Shown here piece by piece: positions 25,001 through 37,143 of a DNA stretch of 64,000 nt. The DNA comes from Macrostomum hystrix (Eukaryota > Animalia > Platyhelminthes). Location of the stretch: positions 11,408,001 through 11,472,000 of the forward strand of contig CATNEN010000039.1 in the NCBI GenBank assembly GCA_950097015.1, written 5' to 3'. The notes beneath the pieces are model-generated. The model had not been told where the DNA came from. It made no database searches and worked only from the letters and a program-made list of their open reading frames with translations. Position 1 is the first letter of the stretch; every line of letters starts with the position of its first letter. The translations under genes were made by a program, and so were the position numbers.

Positions 25001-27655
25001 GGCAAAGAAAATTCCAACCCGAAGGCTCCAATCCGAGACAGTCCAGCTCAAGCTCGTCGGCTGGCGACCGCTGCACTGAGCGAACTCGGCCGCGAATCCA
25101 CTCCGGGCGGCTGAGCCAACTGAGAATGGGGCAGAGCGGAGCAGTGGGCTGAGCTTCTCAGCTGATTGATTACTGTAGTTTAACAGCCTCTGGGGAGAGT
25201 CTACTGTAGTTTAACAGCCACTGAGGAGAGTCTACTGTAGTTTAACAGCCACTGGGGGGAGTCTACTGTAGTTTAACAGCCTCTGGGGAGAGTCTACTGT
25301 AGTTTAACAGCCTCTGGGGAGAGTCTACTGTAGTTTAACAGCCTCTGGGGAGAGTCTACTGTAGTTTAACAGCCACTGGGGAGAGTCTACTGTAGTTTAA
25401 CAGCCTCTGGGGAGAGTCTACTGTAGTTTAACAGCCACTGGGGAGAGTCTACTGTAGTTTAACAGCCTCTGGGGAGAGTCTACTGTAGTTTAACAGCCTC
25501 TGGGGAGAGTCTGTTGTGGTTTAACAGCCTCTGGGGAGAGTCTACTGTAGTTTAACAGCCTCTGGGGAGAGTCTGTTGTGGTTTAACAGCCTCTGGGGAG
25601 AGTCTACTGTAGTTTAACAGCCACTGGGGAGAGTCTACTGTAGTTTAACAGCCTCTGGGGAGAGTCTACTGTAGTTTAACAGCCACTGGGGAGAGTCTAC
25701 TGTAGTTTAACAGCCTCTGGGGAGAGTCTACTGTAGTTTAACAGCCACTGGGGAGAGTCTACTGTGGTTTAAACAGCCTCTGGGGAGAGTCTACTGTAGT
25801 TATACAGCCACTGGGGAGAGTCTACTGTAGTTATACAGCCTCTGGGGAGAGTCTACTGTAGTTATACAGCCTCTGGGGAGAGTCTACTGTAGTTATACAG
25901 CCTCTGGGGAGAGTCTACTGTAGTTATACAGCCTCTGGGGAGAGTCTACTGTAGTTTAACAGCCTCTGGGGAGAGTCTACTGTAGTTTAACAGCCTCTGG
26001 GGAGAGTCTACTGTAGTTTAACAGCCTCTGGGGAGAGTCTGTTGTGGTTTAAACAGCCTCTGGGGAGAGTCTACTGTAGTTTAACAGCCTCTGGGGAGAG
26101 TCTACTGTAGTTTAACAGCCACTGGGGAGAGTCTACTGTAGTTTAACAGCCACTGGGGAGAGTCTACTGTAGTTTAACAGCCACTGAGGAGAGTCTACTG
26201 TAGTTTAACAGCCACTGGGGAGAGTCTACTGTAGTTTAACAGCCTCTGGGGAGAGTCTGTTGTGGTTTAACAGCCTCTGGGGAGAGTCTACTGTAGTTTA
26301 ACAGCCACTGGGGAGAGTCTACTGTAGTTTAACAGCCTCTGGGGAGAGTCTACTGTAGTTTAACAGCCACTGGGGAGAGTCTACTGTAGTTTAACAGCCT
26401 CTGGGGAGAGTCTACTGTAGTTTAACAGCCACTGGGGAGAGTCTACTGTGGTTTAAACAGCCTCTGGGGAGAGTCTACTGTAGTTATACAGCCACTGGGG
26501 AGAGTCTACTGTAGTTATACAGCCTCTGGGGAGAGTCTACTGTAGTTATACAGCCTCTGGGGAGAGTCTACTGTAGTTATACAGCCTCTGGGGAGAGTCT
26601 ACTGTAGTTTAACAGCCTCTGGGGAGAGTCTACTGTAGTTTAACAGCCTCGGGAGAGTCTACTGTAGTTTAAACAGCCTCGGGTGACAGCCTACTGTAGT
26701 TTAAACAGCCTAGGGTGACAGTCTGTTGTACGAGGTTTAAACAGCCTCGGGTGACAGCCTACTGTAGTTTAAACAGCCTCGGGTGACAGTCTATTGTAGT
26801 TTAAACAGCCAAGGGTGACAGTCTACTGAAGTTTAAACAGCCAAGGGTGACAGTCTACTGAAGTTTAAACAGCCAAGGGTGACAGTCTACTGAAGTTTAA
26901 ACAGCCAAGGGTGACAGTCTACTGAAGTTTAAACAGCCTCTGGGGACAGTCTACTGTAGTTTAAACAAATAGCTAACCTGGCGGGTGGCCAAGCAGTCGC
27001 CTCGTCCTGAAGTTCAGCTGATTGATTTTCTTTTCCAGCAGACTTGGAAGGTGTTGGCGACTTGTCAGTGGGTGAATAGCTGCCGCTGCTGTTGCTGCTG
27101 TCAGAGAGTACCGTGACAATGGGCTCAGCAGTGAGGCTGGCAGCATTTTGCAGCTTGGACTGCACCTGTGGCGCTTGGCCGTAAAGAAATGCTCGCTTGG
27201 CTGGGGGCAACTCGGGCGCATCCGGCCTGTAATTCAGCCCCTTCGGTGGGCGCTTCCGGCCGAAGATGGTGCGAGCAACGCTGGCCGACTTGGCGGGCTT
27301 ATCGAATGTGACACTGCTGGCTCCGGGATTTTTCGAAAGAAACGATCGTGCAGATGTCGAGGCTGAAGAAGCTCCTCTGCTGGCTGGGGCTGAAGGCTCA
27401 GACGAAGATGGCAGCGGTGGTGGCGATGGCGGCACAACATCAGGGGTGGCAGCTGGCTGCTGAGCTGAACTCTGCAGTTAAACATATTTTGAGAGTACTA
27501 TTTAGATGGCGAGGCATTTCACTTAAATTCCTCGTGAATTTTTACTCCTGCTGTAAACCCAATATTTATTTACCAGTGCAAATGGCAAAAATGTTTATTT
27601 AAAAAAAGTTTGGACTTACCAGTTTGAAAAATGAGCTTATGTTGGTTTGCTTCAT
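18794..27655 (-). CDS. DNA2: DNA2 nuclease/helicase (multi-exon)
   Basis: Nuclease motifs LGC.RR, LLGSVVHQLFQ, DIEE...FGLKGKVD, PVELKTG and Fe-S cysteines CAGCPQLLSC. SF1 helicase motifs GYPGT|GKTT, DEAGQ, LVGDPHQLPP, QYRMN, TIDQFQGRDK and RRFNVAVTRAKRKL. First coding exon 27655-27620 joins in frame to exon 27471-26978. Stop at 18794-18796. Confidence 0.95.
20055..20400. mobile_element. Two SINE fragments in inverted orientation inside a DNA2 intron
   Basis: The - copy (GACACTAGACCCGCAGCCAGCGAGGAGGCAATTCTGCCC, ~20099-20140) faces the + copy (GGTAGAATTGCCTCCTCGCTGGCTGCGGGTGTAGTGTCACC, ~20307-20347). Confidence 0.85.
20810..21100. repeat. Purine-rich degenerate 21-bp repeat in a DNA2 intron
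   Basis: GAGAATGGG(G/A)AGAAGGGGCAT-like units. Confidence 0.75.
21860..22098. repeat. (AGAC)n microsatellite in a DNA2 intron
   Basis: Direct tetranucleotide repeats. Confidence 0.95.
24578..24930. repeat. Degenerate ~31-bp repeat in a DNA2 intron
   Basis: Recurrent GAGAGCGGAAGTGAAGGGGCGGAAATTT. Confidence 0.75.
25171..26966. repeat. 31/32-bp minisatellite, about 58 copies, filling a DNA2 intron
   Basis: Unit TACTGTAGTTTAACAGCC(T/A)CTGGGGAGAGTC, grading into GTTTAAACAGCC..GGGTGACAGTCTACTG near the donor at 26977. Confidence 0.95.
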
Positions 27656-28979
27656 TTTTTCTGCAAAAAAAATTTAGTTGATACTATAGCTAGGTTACAT
27701 TGTAGCTCATTTTGCTATTCATAATTAACAGCCAAATGCATACACAAAGCTGTAGTTTGTGAAGTTATTATAAAACTGATAAGTTTTTTATAGCTAGTCT
27801 ATTATACTAGTTAATGTATTAAAGATGTACAGATTGTTTTAAATTATAGTATCTGACACTCAACAAATAAAGTTTATTTAGATTTTTTGCTAGAAAAAAT
27901 GTATAGCTAGGCCTAGGGCAACTAAATAACAAAATATTTAGCTAATTAAGCAAGTGAATAACTAAAAATAAGTTCAACTTGCCATTTTTGTCTATACTAT
28001 GCTCTGTATAGCAATTTGTATGTCTGAGCTAAACATTCTCAAAAGGTTTAGACTAGGCTTAGCTTAGCTAGAGGTAGGGGCCTAGTAGAGGGCTATAGGC
28101 CTAATAGCAGATCAAGAGAGATAGGCCAAACCAATAGCCAAAAGGCATAGGCCCTATCCATTAAAATCTTTATCCTAGCTAATTCAGTTAATGTTATGGC
28201 TGTTAATAGGCCTGAAAATTTAGATATAGCTGCGTGAACTGAATGGTTTAAACAACAGGGAAGAGAGTGAGCAAGCTAAAACCTAATGGGGTCTTACTTA
28301 AGTCAAGGATAGGCCTGTCTAAGGCCTAAGAGTATCTCAACTCTCAGACTTAAACTTAAATAATAAATCTGAAGCTTAAAATAAAAAGTACAGAGCCATT
28401 GTGTACACATTTTAGCTTAATATTTTATTATCATTAGGCAATATAAATTTAGGTCAAACAAAAATATAAATGTCTATTTTATTTCAAACCCTATTCCTAA
28501 CAGACAAGACAGGCATAATCTCTGACTAGGCCTAGTTCCGCGACAATTAGGCCCCTAGCTCGGTAATTATTAATTATGCAAAAACCTCACAAAATTAATT
28601 GTGTGTGAACAAGCCGGCTACGAAAACACGCTCATATACAAGCGAAAATACAACGAACTAAGAGTAACACGTGGATGCAGAAAAGCATTTGATCCACGTG
28701 CGTAGCAAGTGAAAAGCGCGGTACAGTTTTTTTTGTTTCCAAGATATGTCAATTATTCAATTGTTCAATTGTTTCTCGTTTCGTTTCGTTTTATCTTACT
28801 GTGATAAACTTGTCTAATATTAGTTTTTGCAGCATTTGATGATCATGCTCAAAGTAGAAAAACCTTAAAACGATAAATTTATTTTCATTAAGAAAATCGT
28901 CTTTTTAAGTATAGAAATAAGCAACAGATGTTTCGCAATTAGAAACCCGGAGTCGACCAAGTGCGAATAATTTTTATGC

Positions 28980-29800
28980 GCATTCCGGGCTCGGATGATG
29001 GCAGCGCCCAGTATCAGAACATACACGCCCTGCACCGTGCTAATCCTTCTCAGCGCCTACATTCTGCTTGCTTAGGCCAACATGGAGAGCCGCGCCCGAT
29101 GCTGGGGCTGCCAAGAGCGGCAGGACGGGAAGCCAGAGAGGACAGGGCAGACTTCGTCGTCGCACTGACGCAACGCAACCGACGTGGCCGGCTGCACGCC
29201 CGCCTACGCAGGCGTGAACGAGCGTGAACCAGCCGGCCCTTCTCGCTCGGATCCGCCAGTGGCGCCGGGGACCGCGAGGCCCAGCTGCAACTGCACCATT
29301 TCGGGTTCCAGCCGTAAAAGATTCTGCCCGCCGAGATTCTGCTCCGAGACGCTGACGGCCGCAGGACTCCGCTACTGAGGTGCCGCCAGTTTGTCTACCT
29401 CGGCGGACTCGTGCCGGAAGTCAGCGACGACTTCGCGAGAAGGCGCGGCAAGACCTGAGCCGCATTTCAGTCTGTGCGGATGGTGCTGCTCTTTGAGGCG
29501 CTCGGCGACAGCGCCAGGTCACAGCACTTCGCGGCGGCCGTGGAGAACGCCTTTCTGTATAATGCTCGAGAGGCAGCTAGACGCGGCGCATGCGGCTCTG
29601 CTACGCGAATGGAGGCGTCGGCATGCAGCTCGTAGACGACCCGGAGATGGCCCATCCAGAGACACCCACTACAGCGCCAGCGTATCGTGTCAGTTGATGG
29701 GCACCATCCGCCGCACAATGCTAAGGACGCTGCTTGAGGTGTTGATGAGGTGGCTCGGTGCAGGCGCGGCGATCCGAGGCGCCAACGGCTGAGACCAGGC
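28980..29800 (+). mobile_element. Degraded GC-rich coding-like remnant, possibly the C-terminal restriction-like endonuclease region of a CRE/R2-type non-LTR element
   Basis: Frameshifted fragments ARCWGC, EREP...RP, LLFEALG and SVSCQLMGTIRR sit in the expected order. The similarity is weak and judged by eye. Confidence 0.3.
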
Positions 29801-30362
29801 CGGATCTAAAAGGGAATTGAGACAAAAGAGATGAGACAGGCAATAGATGAGACAAGGGAGATATGAGGCAAGGGAGAGATGAGACAGGTAGAAATGAGAC
29901 AGGGGAGAGGTGAGATAGGGAGAGAGGAGACAAATGAGAGATGGGACACGGGGAAGATGAGAAAGGTGAGAAGGTGAGGTGGATGGGACCTTCGGCCTGG
30001 ATTCAAGAGCTTTGTGGGCCACATCTGGGTGACACTGGCCTACCCGCTGCGTCTGCGGACCACTATGCAGATATATCAAAGGATAAGTTAAGGGCCATAA
30101 TCCTGTCTACGAGTGCCTATCTGTACGTAATTGAGCACAAGCGCTATGCATTTGTTCTTACGGTTTGAGTTCGATTGCCCGTGATAAACTGATCCACCTG
30201 GAGCAGCGGCAGAGAAGTCGCGGCATCCTCCAGGGTTGAAAGCTGCTTTCTAGAAAATTTTACCTTTGCGCTTGAGGTCGTAATTTTCCCCACAAGCTTC
30301 AACTGGAGAAGAGAATGTGTGGTGCCACGTGCTGGTGTCAAAAAATTGGCACTGTCTAACAG

Positions 30363-30626
30363 TCTAACAGGTTGGCTCCTGTCTAACAGGTTGGCTCCTG
30401 TCTAACAGGTTGGCTCCTGTCTAACAGGTTGGCTCCTGTCTAACAGGTTGGCTCCTGTCTAACAGGCTGGCTCCTGTCTAACAGGTTGGCTCCTGTCTAA
30501 CAGGTTGGCTCCTGTCTAACAGGTTGGCTCCTGTCTAACAGGTTGGCTCCTGTCTAACAGGTTGGCTCCTGTCTAACAGGTTGGCTCCTGTCTAACAGGT
30601 TGGCTCCTGTCTAACAGGTTGGCTCC
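30363..30626. repeat. 19-bp minisatellite, about 14 copies
   Basis: Unit TCTAACAGGTTGGCTCCTG. Confidence 0.95.
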
Positions 30627-31258
30627 CGTCGTACAGGTGCGGCAGTATTTCAAAGGATCAGACGCATGCCTTATTCTAGACGCATGTTCACTAAATATAG
30701 CTTTTTTATTTACCTCTAGCTCAATCCCTCGAGGGCCGTGAGAGACAAACAGAGTTGAATAGAGACAGGCTGCTAATGCGAGGCGTCCCAAACCAAACAG
30801 TTCGACCTACAACGAGCTAGCAATGTCCTGGCTTGAATTGTTGTTTGCTGCTGCTGCTACAGTGGCAGAGTGTAAGACGGTGGGTTCTTAGCCTGGCTAA
30901 AAGCAGAAAGAGAAATAATAGTTGCTGGCCAATGTGAGAGAATTTAAAGGGCACAGCCAAAGAGATTTTCCGAGGGTTTGGATTTCCATTTCTGGCATTG
31001 TAGATAGAGCTCCTGTGCTATTTTCTGATTGCAGTTGGGCAGACAATATGCAGCACGAATAGTTGAGCAAGCTCTCAAAGGCTGGGTGGGAACGGCCCAC
31101 CCTCCCACTCTGGCATCAATTATGAAGCGAGCACGATTGCGAAGGCGCGTTGTGAACACGGCCACCTGAACTCCATATAACAAAGAGATAGGCAGCGCCG
31201 TTTGTAAGGGGACAAATGCTTGTTTCTGCACGGCACACAAGCCGCACTAGCCAAAGGC

Positions 31259-33544
31259 ATGTCGATGTCGACTCAGCAAGAAACGGAAGGCCGCGCCGCA
31301 GCACTTAGCGCAGTCATCGAAGAAGAAGATTTGTACGCAAATTCAAACTTTCTGGACAATGGAACCGACGGCAGTGGCGGAACGGCCTCGCAAACCCCGA
31401 CTGAAGATTCCAATTCTCGTCGGTCCTCGCAAGTAAGTCATGAAAATTGCAGTAAATTTCGTTTTAACAGAATCCCTAGACAAAAATGTATACCTTTTAT
31501 GTGTCAGAAGATCCATAGCTAGTCTGGAGTGCATAGAGAACCTATTCTGAGTCATATACTATCAGTTGATTTGAACTAACTAGCAGAAACTTGGCTCTAA
31601 TACTGTCTGCCTCGTTTGTCTCGTCTTGTGTTGCAGGTGTCCGAGACATATTTTCCTGATGCAAACGTCCTGGCGTCGACTGTGCCCAAGAAGTCTCAAC
31701 AGCGTCGGCAGCTCGATCCCGGATCCTCTTCTGGGGTTCGCCAGCTCGTGGAGAAGCGACGCAGTAAAGCCCACGGCTTGGTGTCCGCGGCTGCGTCTGC
31801 GCTGGCTCCGACTTCAAAGGACGACAAGCGGTCAATCTTCACGTTGGATCATGTGCGCAAAATTTTCGGATCAAGTCAGCACGAGCAACAGCAGCAACAA
31901 CATTCGGGTTCAAATTCGCGACGCTCCAGCCAGGTGAGCGAAGCTTCCGGTGGCAACGGCTCTGAGGAGTTCGAGATGACTCAGCGCCGACTGTCGCAAC
32001 TACGAGTCGACACCCTGCCGGCCGTCTTCCTGGCCAAGTACCTGGGCCTGGCCCCGGCATCAGGCCTGTTCGGCGTCGATTGTATTCGACGACCGGCGGA
32101 CGATCTGGTCAAGGCGGCCGGCAAGAGAAGAGCGAAAACTGGACGACCGTTGCCGATCGCTCAGTTGACGGTAACTTTTTTTCGACGCTGTTTAACTTTC
32201 CCTTTCTTTCTTGTTCAGTGTATAGTTTCAGTGTGCCTTGGAGGTTGGCCCTCAAGGGCGTAAATTGCACGACAAGTCCACAAGCCTTCTCTCCACGGTT
32301 GCGCCCCAAACGAATGTGGCCTTACCGCGGAACTTGTTACGAGAGGCAAACGAGTTAAGGCTCAATCGTAGTGTGGTAAGACGAGGCTGGAACACAATAT
32401 TGTACATCATTTTCATCTGAGGCTTAAATTTTTAGTGTAACGAGTCTAAGACTCAAATAACTCGTTCTTGGTGTACATTTATTTGATGATCAAATGAATG
32501 GTAATTGGTAACTCAGAAGTAACACATTAGTAAAAAGCTTTCTAGTCTAGCACAAAACACGACTTCTCTTAGAAGGACGCGAAACGCACATGACGTGCTA
32601 AGAGGATGTCAACTTAAGGCTCTAGAATGGAGCCAAGGTCAATCCTCTAATCAAACCGACAGAAATCAGTAGCTGGTCAATCCATGCAGTCGACTAGAAA
32701 CGCTGAGATACTGCATTTCTCATGGTACCCTGGGGGATCCATAAACAGTTAAATTGGCTCGAGAATGGACATCGGGCTCCATTCTAGAACCTTAACTTGA
32801 CAAGAAATCCCCATTTTATCCCGTTTATCCCACAGGGTACCATGGGAAGGACTTGGGCGAAATTTCTCGGCGTTTCTAGCCGACAGCATAGACCAGCTAC
32901 TGATTTCAGTCGGTTTGGTTCGAGGATTGGATTGACCTTGGCTCCATTCTAGAGCCTTAAGTTGACATTGTTTGAGGGAGGATTCTTCACAATGACGCAT
33001 CTCGTCTTCAGGGCACATAGGAGCTTGTTTATTTCACCGGAATACTGTATATAAACGATTATTTTGTGATTCGCAATAAAAAACATCCAGAGGTCTACAG
33101 TTAAAAACTGCACTGCATGCACTCACTTAGCTGACTGCGGATCGATAGTCAACATTGATGCCACAAGTGAAACTGAACCATTCAACTGACTCACAGGTTC
33201 TGCAGCAGGGTGTCAGCGTCCGGCCTCATCCGCAGAGCGAAGGCGGCAAGGTAGAACGAGCTTTCCACCCGATCGGCAGCATTTCCTACGCGGCCATGGA
33301 CCCGCAGATGCGCCGAATCTTCTGCTTAGTCGCCCTGCCCGAGGCCGAAGCTGCCCAGCAAGCTCACCCGAAGCCCGAGTGCCACGCATTCCTGTGCAAC
33401 TCGGTGGACACGGCGCATCGCCTGGTGCTGGCGGTCACCTTCGCGTTCGAGTCCGCCTCGTCAGCTGCCGCAGCTGCTCCGAGTGGCGGGCGGAGAACGA
33501 CACCTCAAGACGACGATCTGGATGATGATCAGAGAGTAGTATAG
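31259..33544 (+). CDS. PTB/PID-domain adaptor protein, about 351 aa
   Basis: Exons 31259-31432, 31637-32170 and 33197-33544, all phase 0 with GT/AG. PTB motifs FLAKYLG, ISYAAMDP...IFCLV and ECHAFLC...A..LVLAVTFAFE. Confidence 0.8.
32215..32352 (-). mobile_element. SINE copy (5' half) in PTB gene intron
   Basis: Reverse complement of the family core GAGAAGGCTT...CTTGTCGTGCAATTTACGCCCTTGAGGGCCAACCTCCAAGGCACA. Confidence 0.8.
32607..32969. mobile_element. Foldback/MITE with ~130-bp imperfect terminal inverted repeats
   Basis: ATGTCAACTTAAGGCTCTAGAATGGAGCCAAGGTCAATCC...GAAATCAGTAGCTGGTC is mirrored by GACCAGCTACTGATTTC...GGATTGACCTTGGCTCCATTCTAGAGCCTTAAGTTGACAT. Confidence 0.85.
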
Positions 33545-34029
33545 CAATGAGCAGTGTTTGAAGTGAATGATATCACACTGCATTCTGCAACACGAACGCA
33601 ATTGAATTCACTTTGGCAGGTTTAGCGCTCCGTTTCTGAGCAAAAATGTATCTGGTGTTCGTCGCTTATTGTTGCTACTGTTCTTGCCGTGCTGTAATGT
33701 ACAGAACATGTCCAGAGTTTTCGTTAAAAAACCTTAGCACCTCCGGAACTTAATGAGCTTTGTAGTATTCTCTTCTTAGATGAACTGAAACTTCATATTA
33801 TGACATTGTGAAAACTTTATATTCTTTCAAGTGCGGGAGTTACGTTACGAACTTAATGCCATTGACAATATAAGAGATGGCATCCTGAGTTTATATTGTT
33901 AATAAATTAGTACAACATGCGTAAAGTCTGGCAGCTTCAGGGTATTCAAACAAGGCTGCAAACGAGGTTCACACAATTGCCGATTTACTCGTACTTCATA
34001 TTCAACTTGTAGTTTTCAGCAGCCCTACA

Positions 34030-34266
34030 GCCTGCCCAGCGAGAAGCAACTCTGCCTGTTCCGCTGACTCCTGAGCACTGCACGGGCACACAGATACCAG
34101 AAACGCATGCACAGGTACATCAGCCCTTTCTCATTGCCATGCAGACACTGTACACTCTCATTGTTCACTGTGCCTTGTAGGTTGGCCCTCATTGGCCCCA
34201 AGCCTCCACTAATTTGAGCTCACGGACCTTGGTGCGAGAGGTAGAGGTGTTAAGCGCTCCGCCACC
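34030..34266 (-). mobile_element. SINE copy (internally deleted)
   Basis: Family core CCGCTGACTCCTGAGCAC...CTGTGCCTTG.AGGTTGGCCCTCA plus the reversed tRNA-like head. Confidence 0.75.
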
Positions 34267-34980
34267 GCTACTGTACAAAGTTTTTACTACTGTAAGTAGA
34301 AACTTAAAAAACCATTTTCTTAAATTTCCTAAAATGGAGTAAGATTTTCTAACAAAGCGCTGCCTGCAGGCCCCAGGCCAAACAATGAGCTAATCATAGC
34401 GATGGTTTTCATTGTTTGTTTGAAAAACTTTTTCCAACGTAGTTAGCCTTAGCCAGAACTGTAAGTTTCTTACCCTTGCTTCAGCAAAATATCTATTGAG
34501 AAAAAATGCGCGTTAAAAACTGGTACTTTTGTTTAATTCCAACTGCCAGGCATGGTGCCGCGTGGCTGTTTAACCTCACGCATTGTAGAAGTAAAAAAGA
34601 TGTGAAGTTGTTGAGAAGCAACCACGAAAACCTCCCGCGCTTAATCACAATGAGACCTGCAAAATCTCTCAGTCATATGTTGTCAATCTTATTTGCAAAG
34701 AATCCTGTAAGCAACATGGAGGGGTTGCCATCCCTGCTTGAGTGTTGGCAGATTGTCTCACCGCCCCATTCTGCCAAAGAAAAGCAACTAGTTTCAACAA
34801 ACTTAAAATAATTTTTTACTCAGTTTTTGTATGACTTAGAATTTGTTTCCAAGACAACAGGGTGTCTAAAAGTCAACTAAGGTAAGAATAGCATAGCTTT
34901 TACAATAAAAAATAGGTTTGTCATATAATCAGCAGATGCTAAAAATGAGTGGCAGTATATAGCAGCTGTTTTGGGGTTTA

Positions 34981-35260
34981 GTGGCAGAGCAGTCTAACGC
35001 GATTGCCTCTCGCACCAAGGTCACTGAGCGGCGAGGCCACATTCATTTCGGGCGCAGCCGCGGAGAGAAGGCTTGGTGGCTTGTCGTGCAATTTGCGCCC
35101 TTGAGGGCCAACCACCAAGGCACAAGTGAGAGTGTACACTGCCTGACAATGAGAAAGTCATGGCAGACGTACACACCTGTGTGAGTGTATGCCTGCGTAC
35201 GGTATCTGTGTGCGTGTGTTCTCAGGAGTCAGTCAGGAGGCAGAATTGCAGAATTGCCTA
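34981..35260 (+). mobile_element. SINE copy with tRNA-like head
   Basis: Starts GTGGCAGAGCAGTCTAACGCG (A-box-like), followed by the family core. Confidence 0.8.
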
Positions 35261-35420
35261 TAAATAAGTGATAGCCATATTGCATCAGATTATAAAATAT
35301 ATTATTTAGATCAAGAAAAAAAAAGTTTTAAAAAATGACTGCGTTAACTTCGAAATTGAATTAGTACGAGCTAGAGAGGTAAGAGGGTATTTTCTTGCAA
35401 AGTTTTCTAGATGAGTGGGT

Positions 35421-35921
35421 CTTTCACCGCATTGTTTTCCGCATGGTTTTCCGCATGGTTTTCCGCACGGTTTTTTTTCCGTGTAAAAATTAAAAAAAAA
35501 TTGTATGGTGTAAAAATTACTGTGAAACTGTAATTTAATTTAATGGATGGTATGATATGACCTGGTATAGTATTAATCTTTGTATGATGAAGTAGTCTAT
35601 ATGTTAGCATATGACATGATCTGGTATGATATGGTATGATATGGCATAATCTGCAGGTATAATATGGCATGATTTTGTATTATATGGCATGATATGGTAT
35701 AATATGGCATGTTATGGTATGATATGGCATAATCTGGTAAGATATGACCTAGTATCATATAATCTTGTATGATATAGTTGTTAGAATCTCTTTCATATGT
35801 TTGCTAAAAATGTTACCAAGGATTATTGCAGCACATGTGTGCTTTATTCAAGTCAGCATGATGCAAAAATACAGGAAAAAAACCATGCGGAAAACCATGC
35901 GGAAAACAATGCGGTGAAAGA
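35421..35921. mobile_element. MITE-like element with repetitive inverted termini and an internal (ATGAT/ATGGT)n tract
   Basis: TTTCACCGCATTGTTTTCCGCATGGTTTTCCGCATGGTT is mirrored by AACCATGCGGAAAACCATGCGGAAAACAATGCGGTGAAA. Confidence 0.75.
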
Positions 35922-36015
35922 TTTATACGTGTTTTCTAGATCGTTTGTAAATCTGAAAAAGTATCATTCGACATCGTGATGACTCGCTAATCGCTATAGT
36001 GAACTAGCGAAGAGT

Positions 36016-36779
36016 TTAATTCTTCAACCAAGCCTTGTCAATTTCGTTGAGAATCGGGGAAGAGACTCTGGAAAAAGAGTTCAATTGATGACAATTTCTG
36101 TCGGGCTTCACAAAAGCGCTGGCGATGCAGTCCGGGTTGCTTTGGCACAGCATGGCACACTCGGTTTCAGATCGAGCCGGCTGACTCCAGGAATCAGGAT
36201 TGATGAGCTCGGCAGCGTTCAAGACTACCAGTATTGATTTCGCACTGACGCCTTGAAACCAACTGGAGTGAACTGGAATTTTTAAAATAAATTATTACGT
36301 ACTGTTTGAAATCTACCTATAGTCGACTAAAATACACTGTATTCCGTGCAAACTAAAACTAAAATTCAAGACTTACTATCCGGTAGCAGTTCATAGACTG
36401 AGTTTCTGTAGCCGCCACCGCACACCTGGACCGGATTGCCGGAACATGCAGTGTTACAGGTGGACTCAGCTCCAGTGCCAAGTGTTCCGTAGCCGGAGCC
36501 GCAGAAGCAGTAGCTCGCATACTGCGCACCGGCGTAGCGAAAGCCAGCCAGGTGGCAGATCCAGCCGCAGAGCTCCAGTGTCATCGAACTGTCAAAGACG
36601 CTGTCAGAGCTGACAGGAAAGCCACCTACGATAGAGAAACCTACGAGGCCGACCATGTCGCGGCTGGACGAGTCAGCATAGCAGCCGATGTAGCGCCTGC
36701 TGATTGCGACACCCCGTGCGTTGCCCTTTGGCACGGCGGCATTGACGACGAGCAGAACGAATAGCAACTCACTTTGCAT
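36016..36779 (-). CDS. Secreted WSC + PAN/Apple domain protein, about 219 aa
   Basis: Exon 36779-36377 holds a signal peptide and WSC domain (YIGCYAD...MTLELC...C...YAGAQYASYCFCG...CNTACSGNPVQVCGGGYRNSVY). It joins in phase 1 to exon 36272-36016 (ECAMLCQSNPDCIASAF...CHQL). Confidence 0.85.
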
Positions 36780-37143
36780 CTTCTTGGCTACTATTTTAGC
36801 AGCAGGTTTTAATGATGCTTTAAAAAGTTACCAACATACGAGTACATAAAAATGGTTGAGGACCCGTAGACTTCATGAAATATACTATCATGCCATTTGA
36901 TGACGGAATTCTCACAGTTGTCATAGCTACGCACGCACGTACAGATCACAAACTGCCTATTGACAGTAGCAACAAACACAGCAGCAGAAATAATCGCTTG
37001 AAACTCGCATTCAGCATTCCGTCTCTCGTTAAAATATCAAACTGAATTTGGAAAAAACTTTTTTGCGCTACAAAGCTTTTGAAAGTCGTAGATGCAACTC
37101 TATAAAGTTTCTCTTCCATTACACCAAAATAACAACAGAACAG

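Noticed and set aside
34981-35040. tRNA gene
   Set aside because: It is the tRNA-derived head of the SINE, with no complete cloverleaf.
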